Shown piece after piece: positions 27,526-36,518 of a stretch of 42,437 nucleotides of DNA (positions are counted from its first letter, which is position 1; the number at the start of each line of letters is the position of its first letter). This DNA is from Thermoplasmata archaeon (GTDB lineage: Archaea > Thermoplasmatota > Thermoplasmata > RBG-16-68-12): positions 1 through 42,437 of the forward strand of contig DASPXQ010000088.1 in the NCBI GenBank assembly GCA_035637195.1. The letters are read 5' to 3'. The notes under the pieces are model-generated. The model was not told where the DNA came from. It saw only the letters and a program-made list of their open reading frames with translations, and did not search any database. The position numbers and the translations under genes are program-made.

Positions 27526-28451
27526 TTCCCCAGGTATGTCGGGACGGTCTGGTCGATCCCTTTCGGCGCGATATCCAGGAGCCGTTCGCGTCCCGTCGTA
27601 CCGGCACCGCCCGCGGCTTCCGCGATGAATGCAATCGGATTCGATTCGAAGTGGAGCCGGTACTTGCCCGCGGGTTTGTCGACTTGCGCCGGATACGCGA
27701 AGAAGCCGCCGTAATGCAGGATCTGATTGAAGTCCGCGACGAAGGACCCGCCATAACGGAGGTTCATGAGCTCCCGCTCCAACTCGCCCGCGAACGCCTT
27801 CACCTCCGGGATCCACTTCTCCCTGTGCCCGCCGATCCCGTAGAGCTTCCCTTGGGCCGGGAGCCGCAGGCCCTCCTCGATCAGAAGGAACTCCTCTGGC
27901 CGACCGCCGCCCCCTTGGACGAACTCGTGCACGCCCTTCGCGGTCGCATAGACCAGCGTCGTCGCCGGACCGTAGATGAGATAGCCCGCGGCGAAGAGGT
28001 CCGTGCCCCGGGCCAGGAGCGGCACTCCGTCGAAGATCCCGAAGATCGTCCCGAACGTGTTGTTGCTCTTCACGTTCGAGGATCCGTCGAGGGGATCGAG
28101 GACGATAGAGAACCGCCCGCGGCCCACGTCCTTCACGGCCCCCATCTCCTCGGAAGCGACTTGAGACACGAGCTTCGATTCCCGGAACGCCTCGACGAAC
28201 ACGTCGTTCATCCAGACGTCGAGCTCGAGTTGCTGCTCTCCGTACACGTTACGGGTGGCCGCAGGATCACGCCGGATCGGCAACTCCCGCCGGATCCGTG
28301 TCGAGAGCGCGGAGAAACCGGAGAAGAGCCGACTGAGATCCCGATCGAGCCGGCCCGCGTGCTGTGCCAACGTGACGTCGGCCGAGCGTCCGCCCTCAGT
28401 ACGCGGCGTGCCATCCCTCGAAGTGATCGCGGAGCTTTTCTTTCCCGCCAT
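27489..28451 (-). CDS. fbp: Fructose-1,6-bisphosphatase, class I
   Basis: VLDPLDGSSNVKSNNTFGTIFGI, GYLIYGPATTLV and YGGSFVADFNQIL. The ATG at 28451 overlaps the upstream aldolase by 56 nt. A later start is possible (for example the TTG codon at 28370). Confidence 0.9.
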   Translation of the reverse strand: MAGKKSSAITSRDGTPRTEGGRSADVTLAQHAGRLDRDLSRLFSGFSALSTRIRRELPIRRDPAATRNVYGEQQLELDVWMNDVFVEAFRESKLVSQVASEEMGAVKDVGRGRFSIVLDPLDGSSNVKSNNTFGTIFGIFDGVPLLARGTDLFAAGYLIYGPATTLVYATAKGVHEFVQGGGGRPEEFLLIEEGLRLPAQGKLYGIGGHREKWIPEVKAFAGELERELMNLRYGGSFVADFNQILHYGGFFAYPAQVDKPAGKYRLHFESNPIAFIAEAAGGAGTTGRERLLDIAPKGIDQTVPTYLGNQDLVDRFRARF

Positions 28452-29403
28452 AGAAGTCCCACCAAGGGCGCGCGTGCTTGTGGGCCAGGTCCGCGAGGAC
28501 CTGGAAGTTCTTCACCGCCTGCGTGCGGACGTACTCCATCTGCCGCTCGAACGTCTTCTCGCGGAACGCGTCCTTCCAGATCGCGCGGCCCGCGAGGAAG
28601 CCGGATGCTCCTCCTTGACAGGCGAGATCGACGAGGGCTCGGAAGACCGGGAAATCCGCGCCGGCGCTTAGGACGACCCACGGCACCTTGGTTGTGCGGC
28701 TCAGGCGCTCGCAGTTCTTCTGGAGTTCTCCTGGGTCCGGCGTTGCCTTCGGGTCCCCGGGGAACTCGGCCTTCAGCACGTCGATGCCGAGGGGGCTGAG
28801 GGCCTCGGCGGTGCGGACGATCGTATCGGCCTTGTGGTGTGCAAACTCCGCGTCGCTCTCCCCGACCGCATAGGACATCGGCTCGCAGACGAATGCGAGG
28901 TCGAGCCGGCGGCACTCGTCGGCCACGGTCCGGACGATCTTGACCTGGCGGTCCACGACCTCGCGCGGGGCGTCCGGGTTGAAGAACACGAGGAGCTTCG
29001 CCGCGCTCGCACCGAGCCGTTTCACCTTCTCCACGCTCCAGCCGTCAAGGAGCCTCGTCAGCCGCCAGTTCCCCTGCCTTTCGTACCCGGAGGTCTCGAG
29101 GGAGACGAGAAGGCCCGTGCGACCGTGGAGGACGAACCGGTTGATCGCGGGGCCGACCCCGTATTCCGGATCGAGGAGGTAGCCACTCGCGTGGGGGGCG
29201 AGGGCCTCCGTGACACCAAGCTTCACGGCCTCCATCTCCGCGTACGTCGCGGCCTTCGGGTTCTCCGGATGGAGCATCTTCTGGAGGCTCCCCCGCTGGT
29301 CCATCGCGATCATCGTGAAGCGGCCTGTGTCGTCCGAAATCTGCTGGAGGCCGCGGAGCTTACCGACCGAAATCCGCACTCGTGCCACCCCGACGGTTCG
29401 CAA
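28396..29403 (-). CDS. Class I aldolase of the LacD/tagatose-1,6-bisphosphate aldolase family
   Basis: FTMIAMDQRGSL, GYLLDPEYG, DVLKAEFP and VVLSAGADF...GASGFLAGRAIW, a LacD/DeoC-type TIM-barrel pattern. Confidence 0.75.
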   Translation of the reverse strand: MRTVGVARVRISVGKLRGLQQISDDTGRFTMIAMDQRGSLQKMLHPENPKAATYAEMEAVKLGVTEALAPHASGYLLDPEYGVGPAINRFVLHGRTGLLVSLETSGYERQGNWRLTRLLDGWSVEKVKRLGASAAKLLVFFNPDAPREVVDRQVKIVRTVADECRRLDLAFVCEPMSYAVGESDAEFAHHKADTIVRTAEALSPLGIDVLKAEFPGDPKATPDPGELQKNCERLSRTTKVPWVVLSAGADFPVFRALVDLACQGGASGFLAGRAIWKDAFREKTFERQMEYVRTQAVKNFQVLADLAHKHARPWWDFYGGKEKLRDHFEGWHAAY

Positions 29404-29588
29404 ACGTGCAGTACCATATTGACCTTTGCGGATGGGACGTCGGATGCACCCTCATGACAGGCGCCGAAATTTCAATCAACGGAACGAAGGAGTTCGGAGG
29501 GCGCAGGAGACGGCGAACGAGCGGGAACGGATGGAATCGAGGCGATGTGCCGTCGGGCCAAAAAGCTCATGCGCCGACAGATCCCTTC

Positions 29589-30782
29589 ATGATCGTGGCG
29601 GGATCATTACGAGCCGTAGTCGCGGTGAATGTGATCGCCGCGATCGCCATCCTTGCAGTCGTTGCGCCGGCGGGAGGGCACTCCGGCCCAACCAGTTCCT
29701 TCGTCGTTACCGTCTCGGAGGGCGGCGGCACGTTGGCGGGCACTCCGATGGACTTCCCCGCGTTTGGGTTCCGCGTGACGCCTCCGGATGGCTGGGAGGT
29801 CCGGACCGGCGTGGACGACGTGGGGATGTTTTATCCCGGCACGAACGCGAACATGTTTCTGGCTCCGAACCCAGGTTGCGTTGCGGGCTCGTTGGACGAG
29901 GCGGTCTCCGTCCTCGAATCGTATCTGAGCGTCTTCGGGGCCTATTCCGGATACCAGGTCTACGAGCCACCGGCAGGTCGATGGATCGATAACCATGCGG
30001 CAGCCGGTGCCCTCATATCGCACTTCCTTGCCGACGGTCGCGCATATCAAGTGCTGGCCGTCATCCTGGGCCCCGAGCTCTCGACGATCTGGACCTTCTC
30101 GGGGCTGATGCACAACGCGAGCGAGGTGAGCCTGCGACCAACCATGAACGCGACGCTCGAATCGTTCGTCGCCCTTGACGGATCGTCGCCGACATCCTAT
30201 TCGGATCCCTCCCAGCGCTTCGGGCTCGAAGTCCCCCCCGGATGGAGCGCGGAGGCGAATGTGTCCGTCGGGATTGAACGGCTCGACGTCTTGCTTTCGT
30301 CCGTCCGGAGCGAGGTGACCTTCGCCGTTGCATCGGATGCGTTCTCCGGCGGAGCCACGTACGAGGCCGCGCGCGGAATCCTCGAGGGGGCGTTGACCGG
30401 CCTCAGTTCCCAACCCGGATTCCAGATCCTCGAGCCCGTGGCCCCGGTCCAGGTCGACAGCCACGTTGGCGCCCAAGCCGTCGTGACGTGGCAGCCAAGC
30501 ACCTTCAACGTTGTCCAGGTCATCACCGTCGTTCTGTCTCCGGAATTTCGCCTTTCCTGGGGTCTCATCGGTACGATGTTTTCATGGGATGCCCTCTTCG
30601 CGAGATCGTGCGTGAATGCCACGTTGAAATCGTTCGACATCCTCGGGAGCGAGCCGGTCGCGTCTGCGCCAGACTGGCTGACCGCCAATCAGATGTGGAT
30701 TCTGTTGGCGGCCCTCGTCGCGACCGCGACAGAGGGCGCTGTCATGGGCGTCTTGATCATCCGCGGGAGTCGGAAGCACTAG
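29589..30782 (+). CDS. Secreted or membrane-anchored hypothetical protein with two PsbP/DcrB-like repeats and a C-terminal TM anchor
   Basis: Start placed at the internal ATG, giving signal anchor MIVAGSLRAVVAVNVIAAIAILAVVAPAGG. Two repeats share the signature F.F.V.PP.GWE (FGFRVTPPDGWEV and FGLEVPPGWSAE). C-terminal helix is MWILLAALVATATEGAVMGVLII followed by RGSRKH. Confidence 0.6.
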   Translation: MIVAGSLRAVVAVNVIAAIAILAVVAPAGGHSGPTSSFVVTVSEGGGTLAGTPMDFPAFGFRVTPPDGWEVRTGVDDVGMFYPGTNANMFLAPNPGCVAGSLDEAVSVLESYLSVFGAYSGYQVYEPPAGRWIDNHAAAGALISHFLADGRAYQVLAVILGPELSTIWTFSGLMHNASEVSLRPTMNATLESFVALDGSSPTSYSDPSQRFGLEVPPGWSAEANVSVGIERLDVLLSSVRSEVTFAVASDAFSGGATYEAARGILEGALTGLSSQPGFQILEPVAPVQVDSHVGAQAVVTWQPSTFNVVQVITVVLSPEFRLSWGLIGTMFSWDALFARSCVNATLKSFDILGSEPVASAPDWLTANQMWILLAALVATATEGAVMGVLIIRGSRKH

Positions 30783-30818
30783 GATCGGCCCCCAAAGCTT
30801 ATTTCTGCGGGAACCCCG

Positions 30819-31502
30819 ATGCTGAGCGCGATGCGCGTCCCGGCCATCGTCTTGAACCTCAAGACGTACCCCGACATCCTCGGGAAACGGGGCTGGGAGC
30901 TCGCGAAGCGCTTCGCAGCGGTCGCCGACGATACGGGCGCCTCGATCGTCCTCGCCCCGCCCACGTCCGATCTCGCGCACATCGCAAAGCTCGTCCACCT
31001 CCCCATTTTTAGCCAGCACGTCGACGCGGTCGAGCCCGGCCCGACGACCGGTTGGATTCCGCCCGAGGCGCTCCTCGAGGCGGGCGCCGCCGGGACGCTG
31101 ATCAATCACAGCGAACGGAAGGTCGCGTGGGAGGAGATGGCGAAGAGCATCCCGCGCTGCCAGAAGATCGGCCTCGAGGTGATCGCCTGCGCCGACGACA
31201 TCGCGGAGGCGGAGACCCTTGCGAAGCTTTCTCCGGAGTACATCGCGATCGAGCCGCCCGAGTTGATCGGAGGGGACGTCAGCGTGACGACCGCGAGACC
31301 GGAGGTCATCGCGACCGCCGTCGAGCGAATCCATGCCGCGAACCCTCGGGTCGTGGTCCTCTGTGGCGCGGGCGTCCGCAGCCGCAAGGACGTGGCGAAG
31401 GCCCTCGACCTCGGGACTTCAGGCGTCCTCCTGTCCTCCGGCATCGTCAAGGCGAAGGATCCCGAGAAAGCGCTCCGAGACCTCGTGAAAGGCCTTCGCT
31501 GA
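30819..31502 (+). CDS. tpiA: Triosephosphate isomerase (archaeal short type)
   Basis: IVLNLKTY, GTLINHSERK, EPPELIG and VLCGAGV. 227 aa. A start at M5 (30831) is possible. Confidence 0.9.
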   Translation: MLSAMRVPAIVLNLKTYPDILGKRGWELAKRFAAVADDTGASIVLAPPTSDLAHIAKLVHLPIFSQHVDAVEPGPTTGWIPPEALLEAGAAGTLINHSERKVAWEEMAKSIPRCQKIGLEVIACADDIAEAETLAKLSPEYIAIEPPELIGGDVSVTTARPEVIATAVERIHAANPRVVVLCGAGVRSRKDVAKALDLGTSGVLLSSGIVKAKDPEKALRDLVKGLR

Positions 31503-31587
31503 TCTCGGAGTTTCCGGCGGCTTTCGCAGACCCCTCCGTGGCCTTGAAATATCCGACCGTGCACTCCGGTGCGGGGGATCGAACTCG

Positions 31588-32673
31588 ATGTCCACGCTCG
31601 CCGAGAACGCCGTCAAGAACTGCCTTCGAATCGGACCGGACGACAACGTCAGCATCTTCTGCTATCCGCACACGTTGCCGCTCGCGGAAGATCTCGCAAT
31701 CGAATGCTTCAAGGTGGGCGCCGACGCCCTCCTGGACCTGTACACGGACCGTTACCACGTCGCGTACATGAAGCACCTGGCTGTCGAGCAGCTGCGGAAA
31801 CCGTCGGCGTTCTGTCGCGGCCTTTCCGAACTCTCGACCGCCGTCTTCTGGGCCGGCTCGCTGTACGATCCGTCCAACTTCCGGAAGTTCACGCCGGAGA
31901 AGATGGCGGCGAACGACGAGGCCGAGACCGCCGCCCACCTGCCGATGCGCGAGCGGAAGGTACGAAGCCTTTCCCTGGGCATTTCCCTCGTGACGCGTCC
32001 GCGGGCGAAGGTGTACGGTTTCAACTTCGCGGCGTGGGAGCGGATGGTCCGCGCCGCCTCGTCCGTGCCATCGAAGACCCTCACGACGACGGGGCAGAAG
32101 CTCGCGGGCATCCTCGGGACCGCGGACACGCTCCACGTGACCTCCGAAGGGGGTACCGACCTGACGGTCTCCGTGCGCGGGCGGCAGCCGATGATCTACG
32201 ACGGGGTCGTCGACGAGGAGGACATCGCCGCGGGCGTGTTCGAGGCCTCGATCCCGTCCGGGAGCGTGACCGTCTTGCCGGACCCGGCGAGCGCCGAGGG
32301 GACCGTCGCGTTCGACACGTCGCAGGCTTGGGCCGGTCGGTCCGTCCGAAAGCTGAGCTGGGAATTCCGGAAGGGACGGCTCACGGGCTTCGAAGGGGAT
32401 GCGAGCGCGGCGGTGCTGAAGAAACAGTACGACCTCGCGTCGGGCGACAAGGACCGCATCGCGTCCGTCTCGATCGGGACGAACCCGAAGGCCCAAGTCG
32501 GCTTCCTCCAGAACTCGATCGTCCGTGGGGCCGTGTCGATCGGACTCGGCGGCAGCGAATTCTTCGGGGGACCGAACAAGTCGTCGTTCGGGTTCGAGAG
32601 CACAATCCGGGCCGCGACGCTCGAGGCCGACGGGAAGGAAATCGTCCGCGGCGGCAAGCTGCTCTTCGCGTGA
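31588..32673 (+). CDS. Aminopeptidase, M29 (AmpS/aminopeptidase T)-like
   Basis: 361 aa. The N-terminal pattern LAENAVKNCLRIGPDDNVSIF...LPLAEDLAIECFKVGA and the size fit M29 proteins as I recall them. No search was run. Confidence 0.5.
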   Translation: MSTLAENAVKNCLRIGPDDNVSIFCYPHTLPLAEDLAIECFKVGADALLDLYTDRYHVAYMKHLAVEQLRKPSAFCRGLSELSTAVFWAGSLYDPSNFRKFTPEKMAANDEAETAAHLPMRERKVRSLSLGISLVTRPRAKVYGFNFAAWERMVRAASSVPSKTLTTTGQKLAGILGTADTLHVTSEGGTDLTVSVRGRQPMIYDGVVDEEDIAAGVFEASIPSGSVTVLPDPASAEGTVAFDTSQAWAGRSVRKLSWEFRKGRLTGFEGDASAAVLKKQYDLASGDKDRIASVSIGTNPKAQVGFLQNSIVRGAVSIGLGGSEFFGGPNKSSFGFESTIRAATLEADGKEIVRGGKLLFA

Positions 32674-32738
32674 CGCCCGGATAGACGTAGCGTGCGTGCA
32701 CGCCATCCGCTTATCGACCCCGGCGGCGTCCGTGGGCC

Positions 32739-34787
32739 GTGCGATCGTCCGGACGATGGCTCGCAGCCCCCCTGGCGGCCGTCGTGCTCCTGGCGTCGCC
32801 CCTCTGGACGGAGCGTGCGGCGACCCTCCCCCCGTTTTCTCCGCCGTCGCCCGTCCTATTTTCTTCCGGTTTAGGGGCTGCCGTCGTCCTCGCGCGAGTC
32901 TACGCGAACGCCGCCCGCGATGACGAGTTCGTCGAGATCGCGAGTCGGTCGACGGAATTCCTTGACCTCGCGGGCTGGTCCCTCGCGGATGGCGAGGCGA
33001 CTGCGGTATTCCCTCCCGATTCGATCTTGCCTCCGGGCGGGCATCTCCTGATTGCGCGGAACGCGACGAGCTACGCGGAGGATGCACTCGCGGCCGCGGA
33101 CTTCGCGTTCGAGGACGGCGCATCTCGGCGGATGGAGGGCGGCGTCCTCCGGCTCGCCGATGCCGGAGACGAGGTCCGCCTCGTGGACCCATCCGAGCGG
33201 ATCGTTGACGCGTACGTGTGGGGCGATTCCTCGGATGCGAGCACGGGATGGCTCGGGCGTCCCGCGGAAGCGACGGGGCGCGGAGAGATCGCCGTGCGCT
33301 CCCGGACCGAACTCGGTGAATGGATCGATTCCGATGGCGCGGCCGATTGGGAAGGCCTCCGCCGGCACCGACTCGGTCAGTCGACTTTGCCGCCCTTGGA
33401 ATTCCAGGTCGGTGGAGGGTTCGCACCGGTCCTATCGCCGGACGCCGGAGACGGCCCGCTGCGTTCGTTCGTCGAATCGGCGCGAGGAACGCTCGACATC
33501 GCGGTCTACACGTTCACGAGTGCGCGGATCGCATCGACCGTCGCGAGCCTCGAGGGCCGGGGCGTTCGGGTCCGGGTGCTCCTCGACGGCTCGCCGGTTG
33601 GAGGCGTGGAACCGGAAGAAGACCGCGTGGTCCGCGGGCTCCTCGACGCCGGGGCGGACGTCCGATGGTTGGCGGGCGCGGGCGACACCGTGAAGCGGTA
33701 CCGGTACCTTCATGCGAAATACGCAATCATCGATCATAGGGCCGCCTGGATCGGGTCAGAGAACTTTGGGGATGCGGGCTTTCCTCCGGAGGCCCAGGAG
33801 GGGAATCGAGGGTGGTCCGTCGTCGTCGCAGACGTCGCCCTCGCGGCGGCCCTGACGAACGTGTTCGAGGCCGATTTCAACCCTTCGCGACGGGATTCGA
33901 TCGCGGCCATGCCCGAAAGCGGCGACCCCCTCCCGCCACCGCAGCCAAGCCCTCCGTGGACCTCCTCCGCCGCGTCGACGAGTCGCCGGGCGAGGCTCGT
34001 GATCGCTCCCGACACCTCGCTCGACCCGGGCGGCCTCCTGGAGGTCCTCGCCTCCGCGTCGGATCACATCTGGATCGAGGCGTTCTACGTCGACGAGACG
34101 TGGCGGGACCATCCGAATCCCTTCCTCGGGGCCGCCTTCGACGCGGCTCGCCGCGGGGTCTCCGTGCGTCTCCTCCTGGACGGCAGCTGGTCCTCGGTCG
34201 GGGACGATTCGGCGGGGAACGACGCGATCGTGGAAAGACTCAACCGCCGTGCGCGGAACGAGAGCCTCGATTTCGCCGCACGACTATTGGAGCCCCACGG
34301 GCGAATCGAGCGACTCCACAACAAGGGCGTCGTCGTCGACGGCCGCACGGTCCTCGTCTCGAGCATGAACTGGGCGCTCGGGTCCGCGACCGAGAACCGC
34401 GAGATCGGGATCATCCTGGACGACCCCGACATGGCGGGCTTCTTCGAAGCCGCGTTCGCCGCCGACTGGGACGGTCGGCCGACGTCCGGGGTCGACGCGT
34501 GGCGGCTCGAAGACCCGGTCGTCCTCGTGGGCGTCTACGCGTTCGTCGGGATCGCCTCGGCGGTTTCGCTGCGCAAATTGAGAGTCGGGGCCAAAGGAAT
34601 AAAGCCCCGCGCGGGGCTGCGACGGCGTGGCGCCTTCGGAGCTCATCTCCGCGGCCGACGTGGAGAAGTTCGGCTACTGCCCTCTGAGCTGGTGGCTCAG
34701 TCGCGGGCTCGCTCCGGAGGAAGGCGCCGAGCTCGTCGAGGGCGAGAAGAAGCACGAGGCCGCGTCCGCGGACCTGAAGGGGATTGA
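32739..34787 (+). CDS. Secreted lamin-tail-domain plus double-HKD phospholipase D/nuclease-family protein with a C-terminal TM anchor
   Basis: GTG start about 25 nt after a TATA-like GCTTATCG. Signal peptide WLAAPLAAVVLLASPLW. LTD-like VLARVYANAARDDEFVEI...LAGWSLADG. HKD motif 1 is YLHAKYAIIDHRAAWIGSENF and HKD motif 2 is RLHNKGVVVDGRTVLVSSMNW. TM helix VVLVGVYAFVGIASAVSL is followed by an Arg-rich tail. Confidence 0.8.
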   Translation: MRSSGRWLAAPLAAVVLLASPLWTERAATLPPFSPPSPVLFSSGLGAAVVLARVYANAARDDEFVEIASRSTEFLDLAGWSLADGEATAVFPPDSILPPGGHLLIARNATSYAEDALAAADFAFEDGASRRMEGGVLRLADAGDEVRLVDPSERIVDAYVWGDSSDASTGWLGRPAEATGRGEIAVRSRTELGEWIDSDGAADWEGLRRHRLGQSTLPPLEFQVGGGFAPVLSPDAGDGPLRSFVESARGTLDIAVYTFTSARIASTVASLEGRGVRVRVLLDGSPVGGVEPEEDRVVRGLLDAGADVRWLAGAGDTVKRYRYLHAKYAIIDHRAAWIGSENFGDAGFPPEAQEGNRGWSVVVADVALAAALTNVFEADFNPSRRDSIAAMPESGDPLPPPQPSPPWTSSAASTSRRARLVIAPDTSLDPGGLLEVLASASDHIWIEAFYVDETWRDHPNPFLGAAFDAARRGVSVRLLLDGSWSSVGDDSAGNDAIVERLNRRARNESLDFAARLLEPHGRIERLHNKGVVVDGRTVLVSSMNWALGSATENREIGIILDDPDMAGFFEAAFAADWDGRPTSGVDAWRLEDPVVLVGVYAFVGIASAVSLRKLRVGAKGIKPRAGLRRRGAFGAHLRGRRGEVRLLPSELVAQSRARSGGRRRARRGREEARGRVRGPEGD

Positions 34788-35625
34788 GACCCACGAGGCC
34801 CGCGCCCGCGAGGCGGAGTCCGGCGTCATGTACTTCGCGATCGCGGCATCGATCGTCGCGATCGTGGGCGTGGGGTTCCTCACGTCCGCCATCTTGCAGA
34901 TCGCGCAGATCCTCGCTGCGATCGCTTTGATCTGGCTCCTCGCGGCCGTGTACTTCCTGTACCGTGCGGAGACGCTCGCGACGCCGGAGGAGAAGCTGCT
35001 CTCCGAGCGGGTCATCCTGGGATTCGCGATGGCCGCGGCGGTGATCGCGACGGCGGCCGTCTCGTTGCCGGGGATCGCGAACCAGGCGCTCGCCCAAGGC
35101 TTCGAGGCGCTCGCGCTCACGTGGCTCATCGGCGCCTCGTTCTTCCTCTACCGTTCGATCGGCGCGCTCGGCATCGCGCTGGCGACACGCCAGCGATACC
35201 ACGTGAAAGGCGACCTCGTGTACATCGACTCCGCGGCGGAGAAGCCGAAGCTGTTCGTCTCGAAGCGGCACGGTCTCTCCGGCCGGCCCGACGCGGTCGT
35301 CATGGACGGGGAACACCACATCCCGGTCGAGATCAAGACGGGCCGCGTGCCTCGGGGGCCCCTGTTCTCGCACATCCTCCAGGTCGTCGCGTACTGCGTA
35401 CTCCTCGAGGAGGAGTACGGCAAGGCGCCTCCCTATGGCGTGATCCGGTACGGCGAGACGAACTACGAGATCGAGTACAACGACGACCAGAAGAAGCTCC
35501 TCCTGCAGAAGCTCGCGGAGATGCGCGCGTCGATCGCGAAGGGCGAGGCCCATCGCAACCACACCCGACCGGGGAAGTGCGTCCACTGCTCCCGGCGGGG
35601 CGTGTGCCCGGAGCGGCTCGCCTAG
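34627..35625 (+). CDS. Cas4/RecB-like PD-(D/E)xK Fe-S nuclease with four TM helices inserted in the core (not CRISPR-associated)
   Basis: N-terminal Cys motif VEKFGYCPLSWWL. TM helices MYFAIAASIVAIVGVGFLTSAIL, ILAAIALIWLLAAVYFLY, VILGFAMAAAVIATAAVSL and LALTWLIGASFFLYRSIGALGIAL. Nuclease motifs GRPDAVV, VEIKTG and LQVVAYCVLL. C-terminal CVHCSRRGVC. Confidence 0.75.
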   Translation: MAPSELISAADVEKFGYCPLSWWLSRGLAPEEGAELVEGEKKHEAASADLKGIETHEARAREAESGVMYFAIAASIVAIVGVGFLTSAILQIAQILAAIALIWLLAAVYFLYRAETLATPEEKLLSERVILGFAMAAAVIATAAVSLPGIANQALAQGFEALALTWLIGASFFLYRSIGALGIALATRQRYHVKGDLVYIDSAAEKPKLFVSKRHGLSGRPDAVVMDGEHHIPVEIKTGRVPRGPLFSHILQVVAYCVLLEEEYGKAPPYGVIRYGETNYEIEYNDDQKKLLLQKLAEMRASIAKGEAHRNHTRPGKCVHCSRRGVCPERLA

Positions 35626-35990
35626 GGCCCCTTCTTCTTGTCGCCGAGCGTCACCCCGAGACGTTCCGCGATCTGCTCGATCTGGTGCCGAAGTTCCCCG
35701 ACCTCCCGGCGCATGTGGAGCATCTCCTGCTCGAACGGGGTGAAGCTTTGTGTGGACAGGATTCGATGGGATACGAGCATCCCGATGAAGACCGCCCCGA
35801 CGATCGAGAGGATCGAGATTGCCGCGACCGCGAGCAAGAACGTGAAGAGCGATGTGCTCGGGTCGCTCGGGTTGATCAGCCCCGTGAGGACCCCGAGCTC
35901 GATCGCGACCAGCACGCTCACGATGAGGATCCACAGGAGGGTCGACCGCGAAAGCCTCACGGGAGCGTCCCCCGCAGCGGGATGCCCCAA
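35622..35990 (-). CDS. Hypothetical membrane protein (2 TM helices plus C-terminal coiled-coil-like helix)
   Basis: TM helices LLWILIVSVLVAIELGVLTGLI and LFTFLLAVAAISILSIVGAVFIGMLV, then EQEMLHMRREVGELRHQIEQIAERLG. Confidence 0.6.
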   Translation of the reverse strand: MGHPAAGDAPVRLSRSTLLWILIVSVLVAIELGVLTGLINPSDPSTSLFTFLLAVAAISILSIVGAVFIGMLVSHRILSTQSFTPFEQEMLHMRREVGELRHQIEQIAERLGVTLGDKKKGP

Positions 35991-36433
35991 CGGAAGTCGT
36001 CCGGCGGGTACCGTCGGATCACCGTGTTCACGTTGTCCTTCTCGTACGGGAATGTGAACAACATGAAGGTCCGGTTATCGAGATCTTTCTCCGCGCGAAC
36101 CGTCACATTGTACTCAAAGTAGTTCCCGACGTGGTCGACGAAATACGCGTCCACCGTGAAGGAGGCGTTCGCAGGCACCCAACGATGGATGCCATACGAG
36201 TCCATCTCCTCGATCGATCCGTTGACCGCCGCCGAGGACTCGTTGAACGTCAAGCGGATCAGGTCATACTGGTACGCCTGGAGCGCCCAGCTGGCGTAGA
36301 CCACGAAAGACGACTCGTTCCGCGACATCCCGATGATCAGGACCGGGAGGGATGCGAACCCCGGCGTCGGCCGCCCCAGCAACGCCGGCGTGACGACGAT
36401 CAACGAAGCCAGGAGCAAGACCGACAGGACCAT
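35957..36433 (-). CDS. Hypothetical membrane-anchored extracellular protein rich in N-glycosylation sequons
   Basis: Start placed at the internal ATG, giving anchor MVLSVLLLASLIVVTPALLG. Six N-x-S/T sequons (NES, NGS, NAS, NVT, NRT, NVN-T). The track ORF extends to 36562 but overlaps the upstream gene. Confidence 0.55.
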   Translation of the reverse strand: MVLSVLLLASLIVVTPALLGRPTPGFASLPVLIIGMSRNESSFVVYASWALQAYQYDLIRLTFNESSAAVNGSIEEMDSYGIHRWVPANASFTVDAYFVDHVGNYFEYNVTVRAEKDLDNRTFMLFTFPYEKDNVNTVIRRYPPDDFRWGIPLRGTLP

Positions 36434-36518
36434 CGCGGTGCGGACCCACACCTCCCGCTCCACGTCGCGGCCAATAGAGAGAAATGATAATAAACGTTCG
36501 GCGCGGGGCGGCTCTCGG

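Noticed and set aside
31447-33426. 659-aa minus-strand ORF spanning the aminopeptidase and PLD genes
   Set aside because: It is an Arg/Pro/Gly-rich string that crosses an intergenic region and two well-supported plus-strand genes. It is not protein-like.
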